Counted from the stretch's first letter, positions 1 through 11,644 are shown. The stretch: 32,000 nucleotides of DNA from Micrococcus luteus NCTC 2665 (GCF_000023205.1 NC_012803.1:1-32000); one strand, 5' to 3'. Numbers and translations are program-made. The notes: generated by a model from the sequence alone, not told the origin.

Positions 1-120
1 AAATCCCCGGCGGGCACGATCAACCGACACCCGGGGGACCAGACAACTCTAGTGGCCGGGGTACGCAGGGGTCAAACGGGTGCGCGCGGATCCCGGACGC
101 CCGTGGGCGCCCGGGACGGT

Positions 121-173
121 CGTCCACAGGATGATAGGGGTTGTCCACCGTCTGTGCACAACCCTGTGGACAA
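121..173. promoter_or_regulatory. DnaA-box cluster upstream of dnaA (autoregulation or left part of the origin)
   Basis: Four 9-mers match the actinobacterial TTGTCCACA box in both orientations with 0-2 mismatches: cgtccacag 121-129, ttgtccacc 141-149, tgtgcacaa 153-161, tgtggacaa 165-173. Confidence 0.75.
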
Positions 174-255
174 CCGTTAGACTCCGAGCACCGTCGTCCG
201 TCTCGCGCAGCCGCCCCCGTCCCCGGGGACGTCTGCCCCAGGAAAGGAAGCCTCC

Positions 256-1803
256 GTGGTGGCAGACCAGGCCGTGCTCAGCTCGTGGCGCTCCGTCGTG
301 GGCTCCCTCGAGGACGACGCGCGGGTCAGCGCCCGCCTCATGGGCTTCGTCTACCTGGCCCAGCCGCAGGGCCTCATCGGCAATACGCTCCTGCTGGCCG
401 TGCCGAACGAGACCACCCGCGAGACGCTCCAGGGCACCCAGGTGGCCGACGCCCTCACGGACGCCCTGACCCAGGAGTTCCGCGAGGAGATCCTGCTGGC
501 CATCTCGATCGACGCGAACCTGCAGCCGCCGCGGACCCCCTCCTCCGAGGCCCGCCGCTCCTCCCTCGCCGGCGGGCCGTCCGGCGCCGCGGCGCCGGAC
601 GTCGAGCTGCCCCCGGCCGCGACCGCCGCCACCTCCCGCCGCGCCGTCGCCGAGGAGCTGCCGGGTTTCCGCATCGAGCCGCCGGCCGACGTCGTGCCCG
701 CCGCGAACGCGGCCCCGAACGGGAACGGCAAGCCGACCCCCGCGCCGCCGTCGACGTCCGCGGAGACCAGCCGCCTCAACGACCGCTACCACTTCGAGAC
801 GTTCGTGATCGGCTCGTCCAACCGGTTCGCGCATGCGGCCGCGAACGCGGTGGCCGAGGCGCCGGCGAAGGCGTACAACCCGCTGTTCATCTACGGCGAG
901 TCCGGCCTGGGCAAGACGCACCTGCTGCACGCGATCGGGCACTACGCCCGCCGCCTCTACCCGGGCTTGCGGGTGCGGTACGTGAACTCGGAGGAGTTCA
1001 CCAACGACTTCATCAACTCCATCCGCCACGACGAGGGCGCCTCGTTCAAGCAGGTCTACCGCAACGTGGACATCCTGCTGATCGACGACATCCAGTTCCT
1101 GGCGGACAAGGAGGCGACGGTCGAGGAGTTCTTCCACACCTTCAACACGCTCTACAACAACAACAAGCAGGTGGTCATCACCTCGGACCTGCCGCCCAAG
1201 CAGCTCTCCGGGTTCGAGGACCGGCTGCGCTCCCGCTTCGAGTGGGGGCTGATCACGGACATCCAGCCGCCGGACCTCGAGACGCGCATCGCGATCCTCC
1301 GGAAGAAGGCGGAGGCCGAGGGGCTCGTGGCCCCGCCGGAGGCGCTGGAGTACATCGCCTCGCGCATCTCCACGAACATCCGCGAGCTCGAGGGTGCGCT
1401 GATCCGCGTGACCGCGTTCGCCTCGCTCAACCGGCAGACCGTGGACATCGAGCTGGCCGAGCATGTGCTCAAGGACCTGATCACGGACGAGACGGCGCAC
1501 GAGATCACGCCGGAGCTGATCCTGCACGCCACGGGGGAGTACTTCAATCTCACCCTCGAGGAGCTGACCAGCAAGTCCCGCACCCGCACGCTGGTGACGG
1601 CGCGGCAGATCGCCATGTACCTGCTGCGCGAGCTGACCGAGATGTCGCTGCCCAAGATCGGACAGGTCCTGGGCGGCCGCGACCACACCACCGTCATCCA
1701 CGCGGACCGCAAGATCCGCGAGCTGATGGCCGAGCGGCGGACGATCTACAACCAGGTCACCGAGCTCACCAACGAGATCAAGCGGAAACAGCGCGGCGCC
1801 TGA
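256..1803 (+). CDS. dnaA: Chromosomal replication initiator DnaA
   Basis: 515-aa ORF with GTG start and ggaaaggaag RBS at 241-250. Walker A is [11 protein letters not shown], followed by an AAA+ core and a C-terminal DNA-binding helix ([11 protein letters not shown]). A Pro/Ala-rich domain II linker is present. The gene is flanked by DnaA boxes. Confidence 0.97.
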   Translation: MVADQAVLSSWRSVVGSLEDDARVSARLMGFVYLAQPQGLIGNTLLLAVPNETTRETLQGTQVADALTDALTQEFREEILLAISIDANLQPPRTPSSEARRSSLAGGPSGAAAPDVELPPAATAATSRRAVAEELPGFRIEPPADVVPAANAAPNGNGKPTPAPPSTSAETSRLNDRYHFETFVIGSSNRFAHAAANAVAEAPAKAYNPLFIYGESGLGKTHLLHAIGHYARRLYPGLRVRYVNSEEFTNDFINSIRHDEGASFKQVYRNVDILLIDDIQFLADKEATVEEFFHTFNTLYNNNKQVVITSDLPPKQLSGFEDRLRSRFEWGLITDIQPPDLETRIAILRKKAEAEGLVAPPEALEYIASRISTNIRELEGALIRVTAFASLNRQTVDIELAEHVLKDLITDETAHEITPELILHATGEYFNLTLEELTSKSRTRTLVTARQIAMYLLRELTEMSLPKIGQVLGGRDHTTVIHADRKIRELMAERRTIYNQVTELTNEIKRKQRGA

Positions 1804-1861
1804 GCCACCCGCCGTCCCACCCTCGAGTCCCGGTTCGAACCTTCGACCGGGACTCGAGCCT

Positions 1862-2303
1862 TCGTCCACATTGTCCACCGGTGTGGACAACTCTGTGGAG
1901 AACCCCCGTCGCTGTGGACAACCTCCGCCCCTGTGGATGGCGGAATCAGGCCGCTCACGCCGCGTCCACACCCCTGGGGGCGACGACGGTGCACAGGCTG
2001 GTGAATCACACGGATGCCATTCGGCGGTCCACACGTATCCACAGATCTCCACAGCCGAAAACCGCATGATCTCGCGGGTTCCGACGGGTGGGGACGCACC
2101 CTGTGGACAGGAATGTGGGCAACTGGGGGGTGGATCCGGGGACGAGTCTGGACAACTCCGGTCGAACCTGTGCAGAGCAGGGGGAGGACCTCCGGGGCTC
2201 GTCCACACCGGATGCACACCCCGAACGAGCGGGCGTCCACACGGTTCCCCCAACCGGATCCGCATGCTGACGCGGCAGAACGGCGTTCTCCACAGGATCC
2301 ACA
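1862..2303. other. oriC: dense DnaA-box array in the dnaA-dnaN intergenic region
   Basis: At least 17 TTGTCCACA-like 9-mers in about 440 bp. Examples are ttgtccacc 1871-1879, tgtggacaa 1882-1890 and 1913-1921, cggtccaca 2025-2033, gtatccaca 2035-2043, tgtggacag 2102-2110, tcgtccaca 2199-2207 and ggatccaca 2295-2303. No credible CDS lies here. The position is the canonical actinobacterial one. Confidence 0.9.
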
Positions 2304-2553
2304 CCCGCTACCACTCCTTCTGATCCCCCTTCAGAGATTCCGCCAAGCAACATCATCTCCGCCGCCTCGCACCGAGCTGAGGGCCCCGAGAGCCCGGGCT
2401 GCGCCCGAGCACTCAGAATCCTTGGAATCACACGCTTGTCATTCGCTTCCGACCTGACACCCGCCGCGCGGACCGCCTATGCTGAGGCCCGCGTGTCGCC
2501 GTTCCCCCGGGCCCGCAACCCCCGTCATCACCCCCAGAGAGGCAGTGCAGCTC

Positions 2554-3669
2554 GTGAAGTTCACCGTCGAACGCGACATCCTCACCGACGCCGTCTCCTG
2601 GGCCGCCCGCTCCCTGTCCCCGCGCCCGCCGGTGCCGGTGCTCTCGGGTCTGCTGATCACGGCCGAGGCCGGCGTCGTGTCCATCGCGAGCTTCGACTAC
2701 GAGACCTCCGCGCGCCTGGAGATCGAGGCGGACGTCGAGACCGCGGGCCAGGTGCTCGTCTCCGGCCGTCTGCTGAACGACATCGTCCGCTCCCTGCCGC
2801 AGGCCCAGGTCACGGTGGAGCTCGACGGCGGCAAGGTGCTCGTCACCTGCCGATCCTCCCGCTTCTCCCTGGCCACGATGCCCGTGGGCGACTACCCGGC
2901 CCTGCCCGAGCTGCCGGCCCCCGCAGGCACCGTGGACGGGGCCGCGTTCGCCCACGCCGTCGCCCAGGTCACCGTCGCCGCCTCCAAGGACGACACCCTG
3001 CCGATCCTCACCGCCGTGAAGGTGGAGATCGAGGGCGACACCATAACCTTCCTGGCCACGGACCGCTACCGGCTGGCCATGAAGGAGATCCGCTGGACCC
3101 CGGCGGACCCGTCCATCTCGACGTCGCTGCTCATCAAGGCGCGCACGCTCACCGAGGTCGCCAAGTCCCTCGGCTCCGGCGGCGACCTGGAGATCCTCCT
3201 CGGTCAGACCGCCGACCTCGTGGGCTTCGCCTCCGGTGGCCGCCGCACCACCTCCGTGCTCGTGGACGGCGAGTACCCCAAGATCCGCTCGCTCTTCCCC
3301 GAGTCCAGCCCCATCCAGGCCGTGGTGGACACCGCCGCCCTGGTCGAGGCGTCCCGCCGCGTGGCCCTCGTGGCCGAGCGCAACACCGCCCTGCGCATGG
3401 TGTTCACGGAGGGCCAGGTCACCCTGGACGCCGGCACCGGCGATGACGCGAGCGCCAACGAGTCCGTGCCGTGCACGCTCGAGGGCGAGGACATCACCGT
3501 GGCGTTCAACCCGTCCTACCTCTCCGAGGGCCTGGCCGTGGTGGACCAGCCGCAGGTGCGCTTCGCCTTCACGTCCGCGCCCAAGCCCGCCCTGCTCACC
3601 GGCGTGAACCAGGAGGACGGCGTCGTCTCCGACTACCGCTACCTCGTGATGCCGGTGCGCATCGCCTGA
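2554..3669 (+). CDS. dnaN: DNA polymerase III beta sliding clamp
   Basis: Track ORF 2479..3669. The start was trimmed to the in-frame GTG at 2554 (VKFTVERDILTDAV, a typical DnaN N-terminus) preceded by agagagg. The length of about 371 aa and the position after oriC fit dnaN. Confidence 0.95.
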   Translation: MKFTVERDILTDAVSWAARSLSPRPPVPVLSGLLITAEAGVVSIASFDYETSARLEIEADVETAGQVLVSGRLLNDIVRSLPQAQVTVELDGGKVLVTCRSSRFSLATMPVGDYPALPELPAPAGTVDGAAFAHAVAQVTVAASKDDTLPILTAVKVEIEGDTITFLATDRYRLAMKEIRWTPADPSISTSLLIKARTLTEVAKSLGSGGDLEILLGQTADLVGFASGGRRTTSVLVDGEYPKIRSLFPESSPIQAVVDTAALVEASRRVALVAERNTALRMVFTEGQVTLDAGTGDDASANESVPCTLEGEDITVAFNPSYLSEGLAVVDQPQVRFAFTSAPKPALLTGVNQEDGVVSDYRYLVMPVRIA

Positions 3670-3690
3670 CGCAGGGGGCCGGACGCTTCC

Positions 3691-4905
3691 GTGTACCTGT
3701 CCCACCTCACCGTCGCGGACTTCCGGTCCTACCGCTGGGCCGACCTGGAGCTGACGCCGGGGTCCACGGTGCTGCTCGGGGCCAACGGGGTGGGCAAGAC
3801 CAACCTCGTGGAGGCGATCGGCTACCTCGGCGCCCAGCAGTCCCACCGGGTCAGCTCGGATGCGCAGCTCGTGCGCTTCGGCCGGGACCGGGCCCGGATC
3901 GCCGGGCGCGTGCACCGCGGGTCCCGCACCGTCGCCCTCAAGGTGGAGATCCTGCCGGGCCGGTCCAACCGGGTGGCCATCAACCGCGGCGCCTCCGTGC
4001 GGGCGAAGGAGGGCCTCGGGATCCTGCGGACCGTGGTCTTCGCCCCGGAGGACCTGAGCCTCGTGACGGGGGAGCCCGGTGGCCGCCGTCGTCTCCTCGA
4101 CCAGCTCATGGTGCAGCTGCGTCCGGCGCTCGGCGAGGCCGCCGCCGACTACGAACGCGTGCTGCGTCAGCGCAACGCCCTGCTCAAGTCGGGCCGCGGC
4201 TCTCGCCGCTGGGGCCCCGAGGAGGACGCGACGCTCGCCGTCTGGGACGAGCACCTCTGCGCCGCCGGCGCCCGCCTGCTCCACGGCCGCCTGCACGTGC
4301 TGCGCCTGCTGGCCCGCCCCCTCCAGGAGATGTATGCGGCGCTGACGAACGGCTCCAAGGCCGCGGCCTACGCCTACGAGTCCACCGTCCCGCTGGCCCG
4401 CGGCACCCACGCGGAGGTCCCGGCCGTGGCGGACCTGGCCACGGACATGCGCCGGACGCTCGAGGCCCAGCGGGAGGAGGAGCGGGCGAGGGCGCTCACC
4501 CTGGTGGGCCCGCACCGGGACGAGCTCGCCCTCTTCCTGGGCCCGGCGCCCGCGCGCGGCTACGCGTCCCACGGGGAGACGTGGTCGCTGGCGCTGGCCC
4601 TGCGCATGGCGGCCTACGACGTGCTCGTGGCCGACGACCCGGACCCCGATGCCCGCCCCGTCCTGATCCTGGACGACGTGTTCGCGGAGCTCGACGCCGC
4701 CCGTCGTCGCCGCCTCGCCGCGCTCGTCCACCGGGCCGAGCAGGTGATCGTCACGGCCGCCGCGCTCGAGGACGTCCCCGAGGAGCTCACGGCCCATCGC
4801 GTGCTCATCCGCCAGGACGCGGAGGGCTCCGAGGCCGTGGCCGCCGCGGCCCCCGTGGAGGGGGACATCCGCGAGCCCCGGCGCGAGGGCGGGGCCGATG
4901 GCTGA
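3691..4905 (+). CDS. recF: DNA replication/repair protein RecF
   Basis: 404 aa with N-terminal [14 protein letters not shown] and Walker A GANGVGKT. An SMC-like signature region and Walker B ([11 protein letters not shown]) are present. Conserved dnaN-recF synteny. Confidence 0.95.
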
Positions 4906-5461
4906 GACTCCCGCCCCGTTCGAGCCGGACCGGCCGGACCTTGCGCTCGTGCAGCTGCGCCGGGTCCGCGAGGCCGCCCGGGAGCGGGGCGAGGCGCCCC
5001 TGCGGGCGCGGGGGACGGGCGCGGGCCTGGCCGGGGCCATGGCGGGCACGACGTCGGCCGGCCGGGAGCGGCAGGACCGTCGGCGCCCGTTCGGGGGCGC
5101 GGACCGGGACCCGGCCACGGTGTCCACCGTGTTCGGCCGGCTGATCCGCGATCGCGGCTGGTCCACTCCCGTGGCGGTCGGCTCCGTGCTCACCCGCTGG
5201 GCCGAGCTGGTGGGGCCGGAGATCGCGCTGCACTGCCGCCCGGAGAGCTTCGAGGACTCCGTGGTGCGGGTCCGGACGAGCTCCACCGCGTGGGCCACGC
5301 AGCTGCGCCTGATGAGCCCCGTGCTCCTGCAGCGCTTCGACGAGGCGCTCGGGCCCGGCGTCGTGACCCGCATCGAGGTGGCGGGGCCCCAGGCCCCGAG
5401 CTGGCGCAAGGGCCCGCGCACCGTGCGCGGCGGCCGCGGGCCGCGCGACACCTACGGCTGA
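4898..5461 (+). CDS. DUF721 (DciA-like) protein, Rv0004-type
   Basis: 187 aa, overlapping the recF stop by 8 nt. The C-terminal half ([11 protein letters not shown]...[38 protein letters not shown]) looks like DUF721. The recF-gyrB position matches mycobacterial Rv0004/DciA. Confidence 0.85.
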
Positions 5462-5830
5462 GTCCGCGGCCGCCCTCGCGCACCCCGACGGCGTCCCGGA
5501 CGCGGCGAGGCCATGGGCGCCGCTCTGGCGCGCTCACAGGGTCGGTGATGGCCCGGGAGGCATGGGCGGTCTCCTGCGCACGTCCTGAGCCGTGTCCCTG
5601 GCCGCTGAGCGGGTGTTCTCTTGCGGCGGACCCCCATCGATGCGGGCCCGCGGGGTGCCAAGCGGTACACTGGGACCAGTGAAAGGGGGCTGGCTGTCGT
5701 CCGTCCCCCGCCCCCGTGGATCTGCGGGAGCGTGTCGCGTGCCGGTCCTGTCCGGGCGGCGTCGCGCGCCTGCGCGCGGGCCGACCCTGCCGCCGACGTC
5801 CGAGGAAGTGAGCCACCCGTGGTTGACGCC

Positions 5831-7981
5831 ATGCCCGAGAACCCCGCGGAGGAGCCGACCGCCGCGTCGGCCGCGCCGAACCCGGAGGCCGTGCCGGACG
5901 CCGTCGGGCAGCCCGAGGCCCCGGTGAAGGACCGGAAGGTGCCCGGTGAGTACGGCGCCAGCGCCATCACCGTGCTCGAGGGCCTCGAGGCCGTCCGCAA
6001 GCGCCCCGGCATGTACATCGGCTCCACCGGCCCGCGGGGCCTGCACCACCTCGTGTACGAGGTCGTGGACAACTCCGTGGACGAGGCGCTGGCCGGCTAC
6101 GCCACCGGCATCGACGTCACGCTGCAGGCCGACGGCGGCGTGCGCGTGGCGGACGACGGCCGCGGCATCCCTGTGGACCTGCACCCCACCGAGGGGAGGC
6201 CGACCGTCGAGGTCGTCATGACGATCCTGCACGCCGGCGGCAAGTTCGGCGGCGGCGGCTACGCCGTCTCGGGCGGCCTGCACGGCGTGGGCATCTCCGT
6301 GGTCAACGCGCTCTCCCGCCGCGTGGACACCGAGGTCCGCCGTCAGGGGCACGTGTGGCGCATGTCCTTCGCGGACGGCGGCGTGCCCCAGGGCGAGCTG
6401 GTCAAGGGTGAGGCCACGGACGCCACGGGCACCGTGCAGACGTTCTACCCGGACGCGGAGATCTTCGACTCGATCGAGTTCGACTACGAGACCCTGCGAG
6501 CCCGCTTCCAGCAGATGGCCTTCCTTAACAAGGGCCTGCGCATCACCCTCACGGACGAGCGCGTCCAGGAGTCCAACGAGGTCGTCGACGACGAGATCGC
6601 GGGCGAGGGCGCCGCCGGCGAGGACGTCGCGGAGAACGGCCTGGCGGAGGACGCGGAGCAGGAGCCCCAGCGCCGCTCCGTCACCTACCTGTACGAGAAC
6701 GGCCTGCTCGACTACGTCCAGCACCTCAACTCCGCCAAGAAGGTCGAGTACGTCCACGACGACGTCATCGCCTTCGAGGCCGAGGACTTCTCGGACGGCC
6801 GCTCCATGGCCGTCGAGGTGGCCATGCAGTGGACCTCCGCCTACTCGGAGTCCGTGCACACCTACGCGAACACGATCAACACCCACGAGGGCGGCACCCA
6901 CGAGGAGGGCTTCCGCGCCGCGCTGACCTCCCTGGTCAACCGCTACGCGCGGGAGAAGGAGATCCTCAAGCCCAAGGAGGACAACCTCTCGGGCGAGGAC
7001 ATCCGCGAGGGCCTGACCGCCGTGATCTCCGTGAAGCTCTCCGAGCCGCAGTTCGAGGGCCAGACCAAGACCAAGCTCGGCAACTCCGAGGCCCGCGGGT
7101 TCGTGTCCAAGGCGGTCACGGACCACCTCGGCGACTGGTTCGAGCGCAATCCGGGCCCGGCGAAGGAGATCATCCGCAAGGCCATCATGGCCTCGCACGC
7201 CCGCCTGGCCGCCCGCAAGGCCCGGGACAACGCGCGCCGCAAGTCCCCGCTGGAATCCTTCGGCATGCCCGGCAAGCTGGCCGACTGCTCCTCGAAGGAC
7301 CCCGAGCGCTGCGAGGTGTACATCGTGGAGGGTGACTCCGCCGGCGGCTCGGCCAAGCAGGGCCGCAACCCGGAGACGCAGGCCATCCTGCCGCTGCGCG
7401 GCAAGATCCTGAACGTGGAGCGCGCCCGTCTGGACAAGGCCCTCGGCAACGCCGAGATCCAGTCGATGATCACCGCGTTCGGCACCAACATCGGCGAGGA
7501 GTTCGACATCTCCAAGCTGCGGTACCACAAGATCGTGCTCATGGCGGATGCGGACGTGGACGGCCAGCACATCACCACGCTGCTGCTGACCGTGCTGTTC
7601 CGGTACATGCGCCCGCTCATCGAGGCCGGCCACGTGTTCCTCGCGCAGCCGCCGCTGTACCGCATCAAGTGGTCCAACGCCCCGCACGACTACGTGTTCT
7701 CGGACGAGGAGCGCGACGCCGCCGTCGAGGCCGGCCTGGCCAAGGGCTGGCGCTACCCCAAGGACAACGGCGTGCAGCGCTACAAGGGCCTGGGTGAGAT
7801 GAACTACCAGGAGCTCTGGGACACCACCATGGATCCGGAGCACCGCACCCTGCTGCAGGTGACCATGGAGGACGCCGCCGCCGCGGACGCCGTCTTCTCC
7901 ATGCTCATGGGCGAGGACGTGGAGTCCCGCCGCACCTTCATCCAGCAGAACGCCAAGGACATCCGCTTCCTGGACGTCTGA
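5831..7981 (+). CDS. gyrB: DNA gyrase subunit B
   Basis: GHKL ATPase motifs ([41 protein letters not shown]), Toprim motifs ([28 protein letters not shown]) and [12 protein letters not shown]. The ATG at 5831 was chosen. An in-frame GTG at 5819, 10 nt after gaggaag, is an equally plausible start. Confidence 0.95.
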   Translation: MPENPAEEPTAASAAPNPEAVPDAVGQPEAPVKDRKVPGEYGASAITVLEGLEAVRKRPGMYIGSTGPRGLHHLVYEVVDNSVDEALAGYATGIDVTLQADGGVRVADDGRGIPVDLHPTEGRPTVEVVMTILHAGGKFGGGGYAVSGGLHGVGISVVNALSRRVDTEVRRQGHVWRMSFADGGVPQGELVKGEATDATGTVQTFYPDAEIFDSIEFDYETLRARFQQMAFLNKGLRITLTDERVQESNEVVDDEIAGEGAAGEDVAENGLAEDAEQEPQRRSVTYLYENGLLDYVQHLNSAKKVEYVHDDVIAFEAEDFSDGRSMAVEVAMQWTSAYSESVHTYANTINTHEGGTHEEGFRAALTSLVNRYAREKEILKPKEDNLSGEDIREGLTAVISVKLSEPQFEGQTKTKLGNSEARGFVSKAVTDHLGDWFERNPGPAKEIIRKAIMASHARLAARKARDNARRKSPLESFGMPGKLADCSSKDPERCEVYIVEGDSAGGSAKQGRNPETQAILPLRGKILNVERARLDKALGNAEIQSMITAFGTNIGEEFDISKLRYHKIVLMADADVDGQHITTLLLTVLFRYMRPLIEAGHVFLAQPPLYRIKWSNAPHDYVFSDEERDAAVEAGLAKGWRYPKDNGVQRYKGLGEMNYQELWDTTMDPEHRTLLQVTMEDAAAADAVFSMLMGEDVESRRTFIQQNAKDIRFLDV

Positions 7982-8049
7982 GCCGGACCCGCAGACCTGC
8001 CTGAGCCGACCACCCTCCCCGCCGTCGCGGGGAGCACGAGAGGACCCGC

Positions 8050-10746
8050 GTGAGCGACGAGACCACCCCCCAGACCCCGGACGAGCCCGTCGAGGGCGCC
8101 CCGATCCCGGGGACCCCGCAGACCGGCCTGGACATCGAGGTCGAGCACTACGTGCTCCCCGAGGGCGCGGCCGACAAGGTCGAGCCCGTCGACCTCGAGT
8201 CGGAGATGAAGCGCTCGTACCTGGACTACGCGATGGCCGTGATCGTCGGCCGCGCGCTGCCGGACGTGCGCGACGGCCTCAAGCCCGTGCACCGTCGCGT
8301 GCTCTACGCGATGTACGACGGCGGCTACCGCCCGGACCGCGCGTTCAACAAGTCCGCCCGCGTGGTGGGCGACGTGATGGGCAACTACCACCCGCACGGC
8401 GACACCGCGATCTACGACGCCCTCGTGCGCCTCATCCAGGACTGGGTCCAGCGCTACCCGCTGGCGCTCGGCCAGGGCAACTTCGGCTCCCCGGGCAACG
8501 ACGGCGCGGCCGCCCAGCGCTACACCGAGACCAAGATGGCCCCGCTGGCCATGGAGATGGTCCGGGACATCGACGAGGACACCGTCGACATGCAGGACAA
8601 CTACGACGGCAAGCAGCAGGAGCCCGTCGTCCTGCCCGCCCGGTACCCGAACCTGCTGGTCAACGGCTCCTCGGGCATCGCCGTCGGCATGGCCACGAAC
8701 ATCCCGCCGCACAACATGCGCGAGGTGGCCGCGGGCGTGCAGTGGTACCTCGAGCACCCCGAGGCCACCCGCGAGGAGCTGCTCGAGGCGCTCCTGGCCC
8801 GCGTGCACGGCCCCGACTTCCCCACGGGCGCCCAGATCCTGGGCCGCAAGGGCATCGAGGAGGTCTACCGGACCGGCCGCGGGCCCATCACCATGCGCGC
8901 CGTGGTCAACGTGGAGGAGATCCAGGGCCGCACGTGCCTCGTGGTCACCGAGCTGCCCTACATGACCAACCCGGACAACCTGGCCGCGAAGATCGCGGAG
9001 ATGGTGCGGGACGGCAAGATCAGCGGCATCGCGGACATGCGCGACGAGACCTCCGGCCGCACCGGCCAGCGCCTGGTGATCGTGCTCAAGCGCGACGCCG
9101 TCGCCAAGGTGGTGCTGAACAACCTCTACAAGCACACCGAGCTGCAGTCGAACTTCTCGGCCAACATGCTCGCGCTCGTGGACGGCGTGCCGCGCACCCT
9201 GTCCCTGGACGGCTTCGTGCACCACTGGGTGAAGCACCAGATCGACGTGATCGTGCGCCGCACCGCGTTCCGCAAGCGCAAGGCCGAGGAGCGCGCGCAC
9301 ATCCTGCGCGGCCTGCTCAAGGCCCTGGACATGCTGGACGAGGTCATCGCGACCATCCGCCGCTCGGCCTCGGCGGACGTGGCCCGCGAGGCCCTCAAGG
9401 AGCTCCTGGACATCGACGACGTCCAGGCCCAGGCCATCCTGCAGATGCAGCTGCGCCAGCTCGCCGCCCTGGAGTCCCAGAAGATCCAGGACGAGTACGA
9501 CGACCTCATGGCGAAGATCGCCGAGTACAACCGGATCCTGGAGTCCCCGCAGCGTCAGCGCGAGGTCATCTCCGAGGAGCTCGCCGAGATCGTGGCCAAG
9601 CACGGCGACGACCGCCGCACCGAGATCATGGCCGGCTTCGACGGGGACATGTCCATCGAGGACCTGATCCCCGAGGAGGAGATGGTCGTCTCCATCACCC
9701 GCGGCGGCTACGTCAAGCGCACCCGGATCGACCAGTACCGGTCCCAGGCGCGCGGCGGCAAGGGCGTGCGCGGGGCGACGCTGCGCGGCGACGACGTCGT
9801 CGAGCACTTCCTGACCGTGTCCACGCATCACTGGCTGCTGTTCTTCACGAACTTCGGCCGCGTGTACCGCATCAAGACGTACGAGCTGCTCGAGGCCGGC
9901 CGCGACGCGAAGGGCCAGCACGTGGCCAACCTGCTCGCGTTCCAGCCGGACGAGCGGATCGCCCAGATCCAGCCGCTCGTGGACTACGGCCGGGCCCCGT
10001 ACCTCGTGCTCGCCACGCGCGGCGGCCTCGTGAAGAAGACGCCGCTGCTGGACTACGACACGAACCGCACCGCCGGCCTGATCGCCATCAAGCTGCGCGA
10101 GGGAGACGAGCTGGTCTCGGCCCGCGTGGTCTCGCCCGACGACGACCTCATCCTGATCTCGCACAAGGGCCAGTCCCTGCGGTTCACCGCCACGGACGAG
10201 GCGCTGCGTCCCATGGGCCGCGCGACCTCGGGCGTGACGGGCATGAAGTTCCGCGACGACGACTCCCTGCTGACGATGGACGTGGTGGAGGAGGACGGCT
10301 ACGTCTTCACCGTCACGGACGGCGGCTTCGCCAAGCGCACCCACGTGGACGAGTACCGCCTGCAGAACCGCGGCGGTCTCGGCATCAAGGTCGCCAAGCT
10401 CGTGGACGACCGCGGCGAGCTCGCCGGCGGTCTCGTCGTGCGCGAGGACCAGGAGGTCCTCGTGGTGATGGCCTCGGGCAAGGTGGTGCGCTCCGCCGTC
10501 GCCGGTGTGCCGGCCAAGGGCCGCGACACGATGGGCGTGATCTTCGCCAAGCCGGACAAGCGGGACCGGATCGTCGCCGTCACCCTGAACAACGAGCAGG
10601 AGATGGAGGCGAAGGCGGACGCCGAGGCCGAGGCGGGGCCGGATGTACCCTTGGACGCAGACATCGACCCGACCGACCCCGTAGCCGCACCGGAGGACGC
10701 CCTGACGCAGGACGCCGGTGAGGGTGCAGACGGAGGAGAGCAGTGA
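8050..10746 (+). CDS. gyrA: DNA gyrase subunit A
   Basis: 898 aa with GTG start after gagagga. QRDR region is [15 protein letters not shown], and the catalytic Tyr lies in the context [12 protein letters not shown]-terminal beta-pinwheel repeats are followed by an acidic tail of about 50 aa. Confidence 0.97.
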
Positions 10747-11243
10747 GCACGTCCGCGTCGTCGCGTCCCGGCCAGGGACGGAGCACCGGGAAGGCCGCCG
10801 AGCCGCGGTCCGGCCGTCCGGTGCGCAAGGCCAGCGGGTCCTCGCAGGAGGACCTGGTCCGCGCCGTCCCGAAGGCCAAGGTGCGCCGCGCCCGCCTGGT
10901 CCTGACCCGGGTGGACCCGTGGTCCGTGCTGAAGCTGGCGTTCCTGCTCTCGGTGGCGCTGGGCATCCTCACGGTGGTGGCGGCGGTGGCGCTGTACTCG
11001 CTGTCCGACGTCCTCGGGATCTTCGACAGGGTCAACGACGTGATCGGCACCGTGCTCGGCTCCGAGGCCGGGCGCTACACCGTGGCGTCCCTGGCCCCGC
11101 TGAGCACCGTGACCTCGCTGGCCACCGTGCTGGCCGTGGTCAACGTCATCCTGCTGACCGCCCTGGCCACCGTGGCCGCGCTGCTCTACAACCTCTGCGC
11201 GAGCCTCGTGGGCGGCCTGGGCGTCACGCTGACGGACGACTGA
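10743..11243 (+). CDS. DUF3566-type transmembrane protein (Rv0007-like, conserved after gyrA)
   Basis: 166 aa, GTGA overlap with the gyrA stop. It has a basic N-terminus, the motif [15 protein letters not shown] and predicted TM helices. Synteny with gyrA matches what is known in Actinobacteria. Confidence 0.8.
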
Positions 11244-11256
11244 GCAGACCCTCGAC

Positions 11257-11286
11257 GACGCCCCGCGCGGATTTGCGCGGGGCGTC
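11257..11286 (+). terminator. GC-rich hairpin after the gyrA/DUF3566 operon
   Basis: 12-bp perfect stem (gacgccccgcgc, loop ggattt, gcgcggggcgtc) 14 nt after the stop codon. The downstream T-tract is weak (ggcgttcctgt). Confidence 0.55.
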
Positions 11287-11343
11287 GGCGTTCCTGTACA
11301 GTCATCTCCTGTTGTGAACGGCGTCAGCCGTGAGCGACGGTGA

Positions 11344-11417
11344 GGGCGTATAGCTCAGGCGGTTAGAGCGCTTCGCTGATAACGAAGAGGTCCCAAGTTC
11401 AAGTCTTGGTACGCCCA
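11344..11417 (+). tRNA. tRNA-Ile (anticodon GAT)
   Basis: Manual cloverleaf. Acceptor GGGCGTA/TACGCCC, D stem GCTC/GAGC, anticodon stem CTTCG/CGAAG with loop CTGATAA, T stem CCAAG/CTTGG with loop TTCAAGT. CCA is not encoded. Confidence 0.95.
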
Positions 11418-11475
11418 CTCCCACCACACAGAGCCCCGGTCCGCTGGGGCTCCGTTCGTCTCCGGAGGTCTTCCC

Positions 11476-11637
11476 ATGGGTCGACTGGCACGCGTGGCCC
11501 TCGTGGTCGGCGCCGCGGCAGCCGCCTACGGGGCGCGTCTCTGGCGGGAGAACAGTGCGGGGAAGGACGTCTGGGCCACGGCCACGGACGACCTGCCGGA
11601 GGACGCCGACGGCGTCGAGCCGGCACCGGAGGACTGA
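11476..11637 (+). CDS. 53-aa small membrane protein between the two tRNAs (resembles the actinobacterial DLW-39 small-protein family, from memory)
   Basis: Not in the ORF track because it is under 60 aa. ATG at 11476 lies 7 nt after GGAGG (11464-11468). Peptide: MGRLARVALVVGAAAAAYGARLWRENSAGKDVWATATDDLPEDADGVEPAPED. It has one hydrophobic helix, a D-V-W motif and an acidic tail, with high GC3. Confidence 0.6.
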   Translation: MGRLARVALVVGAAAAAYGARLWRENSAGKDVWATATDDLPEDADGVEPAPED

Positions 11638-11644
11638 CCGGTCT

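Noticed and set aside
49-2304. 751-aa ORF on the - strand covering dnaA and oriC
   Set aside because: It is an antisense shadow ORF of dnaA, typical of high-GC DNA. The translation is Arg/Gly/Pro/Ala-rich low complexity with no motifs, whereas the + strand encodes an unmistakable DnaA.
2479-2553. Longer starts for dnaN (2479) and gyrB (5621)
   Set aside because: The N-terminal extensions are Arg/Pro-rich and lie upstream of good RBS-start pairs. The conserved protein N-termini begin at VKFTVERD (2554) and around MPENP (5831, or GTG 5819).
2428-5451. 1007-aa ORF on the - strand across dnaN, recF and the DUF721 gene
   Set aside because: It is a shadow ORF antisense to three well-supported genes. 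Its composition is dominated by G/R/A/P and no domain signature is present.
5462-5830. Roughly 370-nt recF/DUF721-gyrB spacer as a possible ncRNA or riboswitch; a TACACT -10-like hexamer lies at 5666-5671
   Set aside because: I could see no convincing conserved-looking structure or matching -35 element. A long gyrB leader is normal, consistent with supercoiling-sensitive promoter regions. The evidence is insufficient for a feature call.
5534-10344. 769-aa and 846-aa - strand ORFs (5534..7843 and 7804..10344), and the 659-aa + strand ORF 8742..10721
   Set aside because: They are antisense or alternative-frame shadows of gyrB and gyrA. The gyrase frames carry all the canonical motifs.
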